Shown piece by piece: positions 29,148 through 38,036 of a stretch of 52,634 bases of DNA (position 1 is the first letter of the stretch; each line of letters starts with the position of its first letter). The notes beneath the pieces are model-generated. The model did no database searches. It was not told the origin of the DNA and saw only the letters and a list, made by a program, of their open reading frames with translations. Source of the DNA: Oscillospiraceae bacterium. GTDB taxonomy: Bacteria > Bacillota > Clostridia > Oscillospirales > Ruminococcaceae. The stretch is taken from contig JAXJQH010000122.1 of NCBI GenBank assembly GCA_036311245.1, forward strand, positions 1 through 52,634. The letters are read 5' to 3'. The position numbers were made by a program, and so were the translations under genes.

Positions 29148-30344
29148 TTAATTTTCCTCTGTAAGAGTTCTTATATAGCAGCGGCGGCGCTTGTGCTGGC
29201 GGTGCTCAAAGCGCTTCCACATAAGATGGATTTTATTGTTCGTTTCAAGCATTGGGCCTGTTTCGCAGTATTTAACCTCAAACTTTTTAGCTCCCTCAAA
29301 CATTTCGCAGAGCATTTTCGCATTTACTCCGCGGCTCTGAAGCTCAGGCTTTACCGCAACAAGCATAAATTCAAGCACATCGCTCTTTTTGGCTTTAAGC
29401 GCCTTTAAAAGGTGGATAAATCCAAACGGAAACAGCTTGCCGCCGCTCTTTATGGCGGCATCGCTCATAGTAGGCACAACAAGACCAAATGCAACGGGAG
29501 TGTCATTCTCGTCAACAATAAGCGAGAGAAATTCGGGGCGCACCATAGTGATAAACTGGTCGATATACATATCTACCTGTTTATCATTTAAGGGAATAAC
29601 GCCGTAAAGCGGCTTGTATGCCTCATAAAGCAGGTCAAAAATCCCCTTTGCGTAAGGCAGAACATCGCGTGTCTTTTTAAGGCGGACAGAGCGCAGGTTG
29701 TTCTTTTCAAGAGAGGCGTCCGCTATCCTTTCAATGCGTGGGTCGAGGCTCTTTGGAGCAGTTATCTGGTACTCAATCCAGTCCACAGATTTTATATACC
29801 CAAGCTTCTCCATATGTTCTATGTAATAAGGGAAGTTATAGATGGTAAAGAACATACTTTTTTCATTAAAACCCTCTACCAGCATTCCCTCCTTATCAAG
29901 GTCGCAAAAGCCCATAGGTCCTTGAACTTCCTGCATACCTAAAGAGAGCGCCCACTCTTCAACATATGCAATAAGCTTATGCGAAACGCGGATATCATCA
30001 ATGTAGTCAAAACGGGTGAAGCGGACACACTTTCTGTCCCAGCAGCGGTTATATTCGCGGTTTAAAAGTCCGCAAATTCTGCCGACAGCTTTACCGTCTA
30101 TATAAGCCATAAAAAAGCGGGCCTCGCAATAGTCATAAGCGGGGTTTTTCTGAGGGTCTAAGGTGTCAAGCTCATCAAACTGCAGGCAGGGGACATAAAA
30201 GGGACTTCCCTTGTAAAGAGTATTCTGAAAAGCAACAAATTTCTTAAGCTCTCGTCTTCCCTTAATCTCGCGAATTTCAATTTCAGGATAAAGCTCACAG
30301 GCTCTAATGGCGGGAACCTTTTTCTCTACCTTTTCGCAAATCAT
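29148..30344 (-). CDS. uncharacterised protein, probably GNAT-fold acyltransferase-like
   Basis: 398 aa. The segment FFMAYIDGKAVGRICGLL...LIAYVEEWALSLGMQEVQGPMG resembles a GNAT core. No other motif recognised. Confidence 0.4.
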   Translation of the reverse strand: MICEKVEKKVPAIRACELYPEIEIREIKGRRELKKFVAFQNTLYKGSPFYVPCLQFDELDTLDPQKNPAYDYCEARFFMAYIDGKAVGRICGLLNREYNRCWDRKCVRFTRFDYIDDIRVSHKLIAYVEEWALSLGMQEVQGPMGFCDLDKEGMLVEGFNEKSMFFTIYNFPYYIEHMEKLGYIKSVDWIEYQITAPKSLDPRIERIADASLEKNNLRSVRLKKTRDVLPYAKGIFDLLYEAYKPLYGVIPLNDKQVDMYIDQFITMVRPEFLSLIVDENDTPVAFGLVVPTMSDAAIKSGGKLFPFGFIHLLKALKAKKSDVLEFMLVAVKPELQSRGVNAKMLCEMFEGAKKFEVKYCETGPMLETNNKIHLMWKRFEHRQHKRRRCYIRTLTEEN

Positions 30345-30530
30345 TTTTTCACCTCGTAAAATTCAAAGGACTTTTTCTTTAGCAGTTTACCACATTTTTC
30401 TCCTTTTTTCAACTCTTTCCGACACTTAGCTTATATATAAGAAGGAAATATCCGCTAAAGATTGCTTTTTTAATCTTAATGTGTTAAAATAAATTAGTTT
30501 AAGCAAAAAATGGGAAGGAAGTATTATTTT

Positions 30531-31735
30531 ATGATTAGGATACCCTTTTCCCCGCCCGATATAGGAGAAAATGAAATAAACGAAGTTATTGATACTCTTC
30601 GCAGCGGCTGGATAACCACAGGTCCCAAAACAAAGCTTTTTGAAAAGCAAATAAGCGAGTATTGCGGCACCGACCGCACAGTCTGCTTAAATTCCGCCAC
30701 CGCCGCCTTAGAGCTTACCCTGCGTGTGCTCGGAATAGGCGCGAGGGTGACGAGGTTATCACCAGCGCATATACATACACCGCCTCTGCAAGCGTTATTG
30801 TCCACGTCGGCGCTAAGCCTGTGCTTATTGACACGCAGGAAAACAGCTTTGACATGTACTATCAAAAGCTCGCCGATGCAATAAACGAGAGAACAAAAGC
30901 CATTATTCCCGTTGACCTTGCGGGCGTAATGTGCGATTACGATAGTATTTTTGCAGCAGTAGAGGGCAAAAAGCACCTCTTTACTCCCAAGAGCGAGCTT
31001 CAAAAGGCTCTTGGCAGAGTTGCCGTTATTGCTGATGCGGCTCACGCCTTCGGCGCTACTCAAAACGGGAAAAAATGCGGTCAGGTAGCTGATTTTACCT
31101 GCTTTTCTTTCCACGCAGTCAAAAACCTCACCACAGCCGAGGGCGGCGCGGTTACCTTCTCGGCTCGAGATGGTTTTGACCTTGATGCTATCTATCATCA
31201 GTACCAACTCCTGTCTCTGCACGGGCAGAGCAAGGATGCGCTTGCAAAAAACCGTCTCGGCGCTTGGGAATACGATATTGTTGCCCCTTACTACAAATGC
31301 AATATGACCGATATTATGGCTGCCATCGGCTTGGCACAGCTAAAAAGATATGATTCTATGCTTTGCCGCCGCCACGAGATAATAGAGCGCTATGACTCTC
31401 TTTGCCGCGAAATAGGTGCACACTTTATTTGTCACAGCGGCGAAAATTTCCGCTCAAGCGGTCATTTATATCTTATGCGTTTGCCTTCCTTTACAGAAGA
31501 AATGCGCAACGCATTTATAACATCTATGGCACAGGAGGGCATCAGCACAAACGTGCACTACAAACCCCTTCCTATGCACACCGCATACAAAAATCTCGGT
31601 TTTAATATATCAGACTTTCCCAACGCATACAGCCTTTACAAAAACGAGGTTTCCCTCCCGCTGCACACAGGTCTTACCGACGAGCAGATAGATTATATTA
31701 TTTCAGGAGTTAAAAACTGCCTTAAAAAGGTGTAA
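30531..31735 (+). pseudogene. DegT/DnrJ/EryC1/StrS-family sugar aminotransferase, interrupted by a frameshift near 30741-30746
   Basis: Track ORFs 30510..30884 (MIRIPFSPPDIGENEINEV...LRVLGIGA) and 30662..31735 (GDEVITSAYTYTAS...FSFHAVKNLTTAEGG...) are the N- and C-terminal parts of one protein, in frames differing by one nucleotide. Confidence 0.8.
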
Positions 31736-31749
31736 AACGGAGCTGAAGA

Positions 31750-32997
31750 ATGAATAAGATTATCATTTTCACATCGCGTTTCCCCTTTCGCACGGTTTTC
31801 GAAAATTTCTTCCAAATCGAGCTTTTTAATATAGCCAAAGGCTTTGACAAGGTTTATATCGTAGCCTGCGATGTTCGAGACAACAACCCCGAGATTAAAA
31901 AGGAGCTCCCAGAAAACGCCGTTGCTATACATGCAAAGCGAAAAGGATTTATATCCGACTTTATTCTGGGAGCGCTTTCGCTTCCCTTTTGTCCGTTTTT
32001 CATAAGAGAAATAAAAACGATAGTGCGTCAAAAGCGTCCTTTTCTAAGTTCTCTTAAATCAACGGTCTATTCGGGTTGCTACTATTTAGCAATTCGTCGT
32101 TGTTTTGGGCAAATTGCGCGCGAAATCGATATTTCTCAGGATGATAATGTTGTTTTAATGGGATATTGGTTGCACTACATTTCTCAGGCAGCGCTTTTAT
32201 TTAAAAAATATCTCAAACTCAAAAATGCCCGTGTTTTTTCAAGGGCGCACGGTTCTGCTGACATTCGTAATTTCCTTATTCCAAATAAATACTATCCTCT
32301 TCAGGCCAATCTGCTTTCAAAGCTGGATGCAATTTTCCCCGTTTCCGAAATGGGGCGTGATTACCTGCGTGCTCTCTCAGGTCGCCCAGAAGCAATAGAG
32401 TCTGTTTACATAGGCTCTGTCGGACCAAGTGACCCTATCCCCCGCTGCCGTTCCCCCTTTACCATTGTTACCTGTTCTAATATTATCCCACTAAAAAGAG
32501 TGGGCCTTGTGGCTGATGCTGTTCGGCTACTTTGCAGAAGCATCCCTGACATTCGTTGGGTGCACTTTGGCGACGGCCCACTTAGGCAAGAGCTTGAAAG
32601 CTCCTGCGCTGACATACAGGCCCATATTGATTTTTGCGGCTATACCCCTCACGATAAGGTTTTAGAATATCTTGCTTCGGAAGAGCCCTCGGTGTTTGTC
32701 AGCGCAAGCGCAAGTGAGGGACTGCCGGTTTCGGTTGTTGAAGCTATCGCTCATTCTATTCCCGTTATTGCTACCGATGTGGGCGCAACAAGAGAAGCTG
32801 TAATCGCCGAAAAGAGCGGTACCCTTATCCCTGCAGATATAACCTCGGCGCAGCTCGCTCAGTACATATACGCATACTACAATATGCACTCTGACGAATA
32901 CGCACAAATTTCAAAATCTGCTTTTCTATTCTGGAAACAAAATTTTGCACCTGAGGTAAGCACAGAGAACTTTTTATCTCTGCTTAAACGTTTTTAA
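31750..32997 (+). CDS. GT4-family (GT-B) glycosyltransferase
   Basis: 415 aa with the C-terminal motif SASEGLPVSVVEAIAHSIPVIATDVGATREAV (EX7E type). Confidence 0.85.
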   Translation: MNKIIIFTSRFPFRTVFENFFQIELFNIAKGFDKVYIVACDVRDNNPEIKKELPENAVAIHAKRKGFISDFILGALSLPFCPFFIREIKTIVRQKRPFLSSLKSTVYSGCYYLAIRRCFGQIAREIDISQDDNVVLMGYWLHYISQAALLFKKYLKLKNARVFSRAHGSADIRNFLIPNKYYPLQANLLSKLDAIFPVSEMGRDYLRALSGRPEAIESVYIGSVGPSDPIPRCRSPFTIVTCSNIIPLKRVGLVADAVRLLCRSIPDIRWVHFGDGPLRQELESSCADIQAHIDFCGYTPHDKVLEYLASEEPSVFVSASASEGLPVSVVEAIAHSIPVIATDVGATREAVIAEKSGTLIPADITSAQLAQYIYAYYNMHSDEYAQISKSAFLFWKQNFAPEVSTENFLSLLKRF

Positions 32998-33011
32998 TTT
33001 GGAGGAACACT

Positions 33012-34220
33012 GTGAGAAAAACCGCCCTATGGATGACATATTTATATTTTTTTATATGTCCGCTTGAGTTTATTTTTAATAGATGGTTTGGGTCCAGCGT
33101 TAAATATATTGCGCTGGTTGCTGCCGCATTCATTCTGATGTTCTTTATCGTCTCTCCCAAACAGCCAATGAAGTTTGGTGCAATTCAGATATGTCTTGGC
33201 GCTTGGGCACTTTTTGAAGCCGCAAGCTATTTGTGGACCATTCACTCACGTCATACCCTTAGTATGCTTATCACATATCTTATGATGGCCGTTTTGGTTA
33301 TTGCCATCTCTCTGTTTCCATTTGAAAAAAAAGAGCTTGAGGGAGTCCTTCTTTCTTACACATTAGGCTGCCTCATTTTAACTATTCTTGTTCTGGTTTT
33401 TGGCAAAATGTGGAACGACAATGCTTCAGGGCGAATGTCAATTCAGATTCTTGGCTCTTATCAGGATCCAAACGGACTTGCAGCCAATCTTTTAGGCGGC
33501 ATATTCTATTCCTTACATAAAATCTTTGAAAAGCCAAAAAGGTTTCCAATTTTAAATATTCTTTTTGCAGTAATCTGGGCAGTATCATCAATTGCAGTGT
33601 TTTATACCGGCTCACGCGGTGCTTTAGTTGCTTATGCTGTAGCCCTCATAGCGTTTACATTAATGCGCTCTTCCAAAAAAAATCGACTGATAATTTTACT
33701 ATCTGCTTCTTTGGCTATATTAATAATTTATTTCATTCTTAAAGAACTTCTTCCTCCTGCTCTTTTTAACCGACTCTTTGATTTTTCCTCGTACTCAGGC
33801 GGTAGCGGACGCATTAATATTTGGTTAACGGCATTGAGAAAAATAGTAGAAAACCCGATTGTTGGCTTCGGTGTTCTGAGTCACCAAGGCTTTTTCTATC
33901 TGGAAAGAGGCGCTGAAGTCTCTATGCACAACACCTTCCTTTTTATTCTTTTTGAGGTGGGAATTGTCGGTCTTACACTTTTTATGATTCCGTTTATTAA
34001 ATCTTTGCGATGTGCCATTCGTCACAAAAACGCAATGCTCGTTGCTATTATAATTGCAAACATTGCGGTTGCCTTTTTCCTTGATGCGCTGAATTTGCGC
34101 TATCTGTGGAACGCTATGATGTTTGGAATAATTTTCTACAACTGCTGCTATGCGGAAAAAGTTTCTCCCTCAAAAACATTTCCTATAACTCCTCCTCTCC
34201 CCGCAAACAAAACGCAATAA
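33012..34220 (+). CDS. O-antigen ligase/polymerase-like membrane protein (Wzy_C family)
   Basis: 402 aa with at least 10 hydrophobic helices, a YTGSRGALVAY loop motif, and a GTG start. Confidence 0.75.
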   Translation: MRKTALWMTYLYFFICPLEFIFNRWFGSSVKYIALVAAAFILMFFIVSPKQPMKFGAIQICLGAWALFEAASYLWTIHSRHTLSMLITYLMMAVLVIAISLFPFEKKELEGVLLSYTLGCLILTILVLVFGKMWNDNASGRMSIQILGSYQDPNGLAANLLGGIFYSLHKIFEKPKRFPILNILFAVIWAVSSIAVFYTGSRGALVAYAVALIAFTLMRSSKKNRLIILLSASLAILIIYFILKELLPPALFNRLFDFSSYSGGSGRINIWLTALRKIVENPIVGFGVLSHQGFFYLERGAEVSMHNTFLFILFEVGIVGLTLFMIPFIKSLRCAIRHKNAMLVAIIIANIAVAFFLDALNLRYLWNAMMFGIIFYNCCYAEKVSPSKTFPITPPLPANKTQ

Positions 34221-34318
34221 CTGACTGAATAATTCTATTTTTTCATTGACAATGCGCACTTTGCGTGGCATAATTTTAAAGAACATATTCCCTTACCCCC
34301 CCCGAAAGGATGAGAACT

Positions 34319-35395
34319 ATGAAATATGCACTTATCGGTTGCGGTCGTATCGCTCCCAACCACCTGAGAGCCGCTAATGCAAACGGACTTGAGCTTGTTG
34401 CAATTTGCGATATTGACCCCTCACAGATGCAGGCGCTGTGCGAGAAGTTCTCTGTTCCCGACAGTGTTTTAAGATTTACAGACCATAAAGCTCTGCTTTC
34501 CGAAATAAAGCCTGACCTTATAGCTATTGCGACCGAAAGCGGCAGCCACGCAGAAATTGCAAAGGACTGTATCCGCGCAGGCTGCAACCTCATTATTGAG
34601 AAGCCAATTTCCCTTTCATTGCACGATGCTGCCGAGATAGTCTCACTTTCAGAAGAGTACAAGGTCAAGGTTTCTGCATGCCATCAAAACAGGTTTAACA
34701 TTGCCATTCAGAAAGCCCGCAACGCTCTTGAGGCGGGTCGGCTGGGAAATCTCTCGCACGGAGCAATCACCGTTCGCTGGAGCCGAGGCCAGGGTTACTA
34801 TGCGCAGGCAGATTGGCGCGGCACCTGGGCTTGCGACGGCGGGACACTAATGAACCAATGTATCCACGGCTTTGACCTCTTACGCTGGATGATGGGAGAT
34901 GAGATAAGTGAGGTCTACGGGGTTACCCGTCAGGCCTTCCACCCCTACATAGAGGCTGAAGACCTCGGTATGGCTGTTATAAAATTTAAAAACGGCGCTA
35001 TCGCCACTGCCGAGGGCACTACCAACATTTATGACAATTCCCTCGACACCGAAACCCTCTGCCTTTATGGCGACAAGGGAGCGATTGAAATAGGCGGCAC
35101 AGCCGCAAATCGAGTTACCGTCTGGTCATTTGCCGAGGAAGCCTACGACGACAGTGAGCACCGCAACCTTTCCGAACAGGCGGCAAACGTTTACGGAAAC
35201 GGACACACAAGCCTCTATGCTGATGTTATCGACGCGGTACAAAATGACCGCCCGCCATATGTCGATGCGAAGGCGGGAATGCGTGCACTCGAGCTTATTC
35301 TCGCAATATACAAAAGCATGAAAGAGGGGAAACCCGTTTCTCTCCCACTTGATGATTTTTCCACAATGGATATGGTCGGCACGTTTGATAAATAA
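34319..35395 (+). CDS. Gfo/Idh/MocA-family NAD(P)-dependent sugar oxidoreductase
   Basis: Begins MKYALIGCGRIAPNH (Rossmann) and contains an EKP motif (IIEKPISL). Start at ATG 34319 (GAAAGGA 8 nt upstream). Confidence 0.85.
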   Translation: MKYALIGCGRIAPNHLRAANANGLELVAICDIDPSQMQALCEKFSVPDSVLRFTDHKALLSEIKPDLIAIATESGSHAEIAKDCIRAGCNLIIEKPISLSLHDAAEIVSLSEEYKVKVSACHQNRFNIAIQKARNALEAGRLGNLSHGAITVRWSRGQGYYAQADWRGTWACDGGTLMNQCIHGFDLLRWMMGDEISEVYGVTRQAFHPYIEAEDLGMAVIKFKNGAIATAEGTTNIYDNSLDTETLCLYGDKGAIEIGGTAANRVTVWSFAEEAYDDSEHRNLSEQAANVYGNGHTSLYADVIDAVQNDRPPYVDAKAGMRALELILAIYKSMKEGKPVSLPLDDFSTMDMVGTFDK

Positions 35396-35400
35396 TGAAA

Positions 35401-35573
35401 GTGAACTATCCTTTGAATGCGAAATAATGACCTACGGTCATTGTGAAATATTGCTCCTTCGTCGCAATGTGAAATGAAATTTGCCCACATTCGCGCCAGC
35501 GAATATTTCACATTTACGAAGTAAATATTTCACAGCGAAGCTATTTCACTTGCCCGTTAGGGCAAATTTCGTT
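35401..35573. repeat. motif/mini-hairpin array A (TGTGAAATA forward, TATTTCACA reverse)
   Basis: Forward copies at 35418, 35442 and 35468. Reverse copies at 35504, 35526, 35542 and 35565. Each interval is a short palindrome: ATGACC-TAC-GGTCAT, TTCGC-GCCA-GCGAA, TTTAC-GAA-GTAAA, GC-GAA-GC, TGCCC-GTTA-GGGCA. Confidence 0.85.
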
Positions 35574-35574
35574 G

Positions 35575-35620
35575 AAAAGAAACAACCTTTGTCTTGGTAG
35601 ACAAAGGTTGTTTCTTTTCT
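35575..35620. terminator. strong hairpin plus T-run closing array A
   Basis: AAAAGAAACAACCTTTGTC-TTGGTA-GACAAAGGTTGTTTCTTTT. Confidence 0.75.
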
Positions 35621-35667
35621 GAAAGGGTATGAATTTTTGACCTATGTGTTCGAGCACCTACAAATTT

Positions 35668-35838
35668 AGTGATATTGTGCCTTTGGCACAGTGATATTTT
35701 TGCGTTGCAAAAGTGATATTGAAACCTATGGTTTCAGTGATATTATATTCGCCATAAAACTGGGCAAAGCCCAATATCACTCGGCGCAAGCCGAATATCA
35801 CTGCGTAGCAATATAACTCGCCGAAGGCGAATATAACT
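35668..35838. repeat. motif/mini-hairpin array B (4x AGTGATATT, then 4x AATATCACT/AATATAACT)
   Basis: Forward copies at 35668, 35690, 35712 and 35736. Reverse copies at 35773, 35794, 35810 and 35830. Intervals are GTGCC-TTT-GGCAC, TTTGC-GTT-GCAAA, GAAACC-TAT-GGTTTC, GGGC-AAA-GCCC, CGGC-GCAA-GCCG, GC-GTA-GC, CGCC-GAA-GGCG. Confidence 0.9.
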
Positions 35839-35839
35839 G

Positions 35840-35871
35840 AAAAAGACGATTGCTTTCGCAATCGTCTTTTT
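35840..35871. terminator. bidirectional terminator between array B and tRNA-Arg
   Basis: AAAAAGACGATTGC-TTTC-GCAATCGTCTTTTT, 2 nt from the tRNA 3' end. Confidence 0.85.
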
Positions 35872-35873
35872 CT

Positions 35874-35950
35874 TGGCGCGCTGTGAGGGACTCGAACCCC
35901 CGACCTTTTGGTTCGTAGCCAAACACTCTATCCAGCTGAGCTAACAGCGC
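35874..35950 (-). tRNA. tRNA-Arg (anticodon ACG)
   Basis: Minus strand folds as a cloverleaf: GCGCTGTTAGCTCAGCTGGATAGAGTGTTTGGCTACGAACCAAAAGGTCGGGGGTTCGAGTCCCTCACAGCGCGCCA. Anticodon loop CTACGAA. CCA is encoded. Confidence 0.95.
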
Positions 35951-36039
35951 AAAATAAACAAACGCTTTTCAGCGCTCATATATATTATCACAGTTAGGGG
36001 CGGTTGTCAAGCATTTTGCGAACAATTTTTTGCCCAAGC

Positions 36040-36762
36040 TTACATATTGCTTGCGATTGTATAAAGCCTTTCTCCGCTGTCGCTCATAGAAATAAAATCA
36101 TTGTCCCGATTTGAAAAAATAATGTGGTCAACAAGCTCAACTCCGACACTGTCAAGCGCAAGCTGAAGCTGCCGCGTAACCTTTATATCCTTTACCGAGG
36201 GCAGAGCCGCGCCTAACGGGTGGTTGTGAAACACAACAACGCCGACTGCGCCGCAGCTGATAAGCTGTCTTATTATTTTGGGGATACAGATTGAAACCGC
36301 ATCAAAGCTTCCTTCCGCCACCTTTATAAGACGGATAAGCCTTTTCTTGTCATCAAGCGCTAAAACAAAGGTGGTTTCAACATTAATCCCCTGAAAAAAC
36401 GGTACGATATAAGAGCCCAGCCGTTCAGTGGTATTAAGAAACTCCCGATTATCAAAATTGCTCATCTGCGACTTCATCAAATCTGAAATAAATCTTATAA
36501 GGAAAGCCGTTTGCTCGCCCACCCCCTTAACCTTAACAAGCTCCTCTATGGGAGCTTCAAAGACTGCACCAAGTGTACCGAGCTCGTTTATGAGTCTGTG
36601 GGCGACCTCGTTGGTATCCTGCTGAGCATTGCAGTAGTACAAAAGAAATTCCAGCACCTCGTGGTCGGAAAATCCGTCAAAGCCCACTTTGAGATACTTT
36701 TTTCTGACTCTTTCCCTGTGTCCTTTGTGAACATTGGGATCCCTTTTCTTTTTCTCTGCCAC
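36040..36762 (-). CDS. radC: RadC-family JAB/MPN-domain protein
   Basis: 240 aa with an N-terminal HhH region (VKGVGEQTA) and the C-terminal JAMM motif VVVFHNHPLGAALPSVKD. GTG start. Confidence 0.88.
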   Translation of the reverse strand: MAEKKKRDPNVHKGHRERVRKKYLKVGFDGFSDHEVLEFLLYYCNAQQDTNEVAHRLINELGTLGAVFEAPIEELVKVKGVGEQTAFLIRFISDLMKSQMSNFDNREFLNTTERLGSYIVPFFQGINVETTFVLALDDKKRLIRLIKVAEGSFDAVSICIPKIIRQLISCGAVGVVVFHNHPLGAALPSVKDIKVTRQLQLALDSVGVELVDHIIFSNRDNDFISMSDSGERLYTIASNM

Positions 36763-36793
36763 TAAAAGTCCGCCCCCTTTCTCATTTTTATGT

Positions 36794-36822
36794 ATTATAG
36801 CATACTTTTATCGCCCGAGCAA
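36794..36822 (-). promoter_or_regulatory. sigma-A-type promoter for radC
   Basis: Minus strand reads TTGCTC, 17 nt, TGcTATAAT (extended -10). Confidence 0.5.
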
Positions 36823-36832
36823 TACAAAAAAT

Positions 36833-36857
36833 CGCCCGCAAGTAAAATCTTGCGAGC
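36833..36857 (-). terminator. terminator after glsA
   Basis: Minus strand CTCGCAAG-ATTTTA-CTTGCGGG followed by CGATTTTTT. Confidence 0.6.
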
Positions 36858-36917
36858 AACTTTTGTAATTCTTTATTTGATTTTTTAAGCCCAAACAAAA
36901 CTTAATTATATTTGATA

Positions 36918-37835
36918 TTAGAAGATACTCAGCTCAAATTTTTTGCTAAGCATTTCTAATGCTTTAATTCCCGCAACACTGTTGCCTTTTTTATCGAGCG
37001 CAGGCGAATATATTCCTATACCCATTTTGTTTGGAACCACCGCCATAATTCCACCGCCGACTCCGCTTTTTGCGGGGACTCCGACATTTATGGCAAATTC
37101 GCCTGAGCCATCATACATTCCGCAGGTCATAAGCACCGCATTGGTGTATGTGGCATATTCCTTTTTAAACAGCCTTTGCCCGCTTGTCGGCTCTATGCCC
37201 GAGTTTGCAAGGACAAATGCTATCCTCGCCAAATCCTTGACGCTCACCTTTATAGAACAGGCTCTGAAATAGCAGTCAAGCACATCTTCAATGTCATCGT
37301 CAATCATTGAGTATGCCTTGAGCATATATGCCAAGGCTCTGTTTTTGTTGCCCGTTGCCTTTTCAGACAAATACACCTGCTCGTCTATTTCGAGCCTCTC
37401 GCTGCCTGCCATTTTCCTTGTTAAATCAAGCAAGTGCTCAAACTTTTCTTTATATGTCCTTCCGCAAAGCAGCGTGCACAGCGCTATTGCTCCTGTGTTT
37501 ATCATAGGGTTAATATGCTCTCTTCTCAAAGCGCGGTCGCTGTAGTTAAAGGCATCAAACGGCTTGCCCGTTGCCTCTACCCCGACAAGGCTGCGAACAC
37601 GCTCATCACCCTTGTCCATAAGTGCCGCCAAAAGAATAATTGGTTTGACAACGCTTTGCATAGTAAAGCTCTTGTCGCAGTCGCCCGCAGGTTGAGTTAT
37701 TCCGTCATTAGTCAGCACACATATTCCGAATTCGTTTCTGTCCGCCTTTGCAAGCTCAGGGATATAACTGGCAATCTCCCCGTCCTGCGCAAACCCTTGG
37801 CATTCTTTTAATATCTCTTTAAGCTCTTTTTCCAT
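36918..37835 (-). CDS. glsA: glutaminase A
   Basis: 305 aa with YIPELA, FTMQSVVKP (catalytic Ser-x-x-Lys) and SGVGGGI motifs. Confidence 0.92.
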   Translation of the reverse strand: MEKELKEILKECQGFAQDGEIASYIPELAKADRNEFGICVLTNDGITQPAGDCDKSFTMQSVVKPIILLAALMDKGDERVRSLVGVEATGKPFDAFNYSDRALRREHINPMINTGAIALCTLLCGRTYKEKFEHLLDLTRKMAGSERLEIDEQVYLSEKATGNKNRALAYMLKAYSMIDDDIEDVLDCYFRACSIKVSVKDLARIAFVLANSGIEPTSGQRLFKKEYATYTNAVLMTCGMYDGSGEFAINVGVPAKSGVGGGIMAVVPNKMGIGIYSPALDKKGNSVAGIKALEMLSKKFELSIF

Positions 37836-38036
37836 TTCCGATTATCCCAAAAGGGTCCATCTTTCCTTCCCAAGGCTTATTTGTTTTTCTGTATGCAAGC
37901 ATAGTGTGTCCTCTGAGATGGGTTTTTATTATTTCAGCGCGCCTTATACCTCAAGGCGAAAAAAGAGAAAGGATCGGAACAATAAAATGCATATGAACCG
38001 CCAATAAAATTGCAATAACAACAGCTAACAAATTTA

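Noticed and set aside
30510-31735. Treating 30510..30884 and 30662..31735 as two separate overlapping genes
   Set aside because: They are the contiguous N- and C-terminal halves of one DegT-family aminotransferase in adjacent frames. This is reported as a frameshifted gene instead.
35668-35838. Resemblance of TATCACT/AGTGATA to the (A/T)ATCAC(A/T) heptads bound by plasmid omega-type RHH repressors, and an iteron or parS interpretation
   Set aside because: Omega-type sites are contiguous heptads, whereas these motifs are spaced 16-24 bp apart. Half the copies are AATATAACT, which lacks the ATCAC core. No rep, par or omega-like gene is nearby. Kept only as a general 'protein-binding array' possibility.
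35658-35861. 67-aa minus-strand ORF across array B, and other small ORFs across repeat regions (39880..40260 plus strand)
   Set aside because: It has no RBS. The sequence is dictated by the 9-mer/hairpin periodicity, and 39880..40260 is antisense to the PH-domain gene.
35401-35871. CRISPR array interpretation of arrays A and B (and array C at 39688..39811)
   Set aside because: The repeats are only 9 nt, and the 'spacers' are 7-28 nt and themselves palindromic. The repeat flips orientation mid-array. No cas genes are present.
37836-37990. Riboswitch or leader peptide upstream of glsA (a short ORF MDPFGIIGNGKRA overlaps the start)
   Set aside because: No recognisable riboswitch core (glutamine, glycine or c-di-GMP consensus) is present. 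The mini-ORF could be chance. There is not enough evidence without comparative data.
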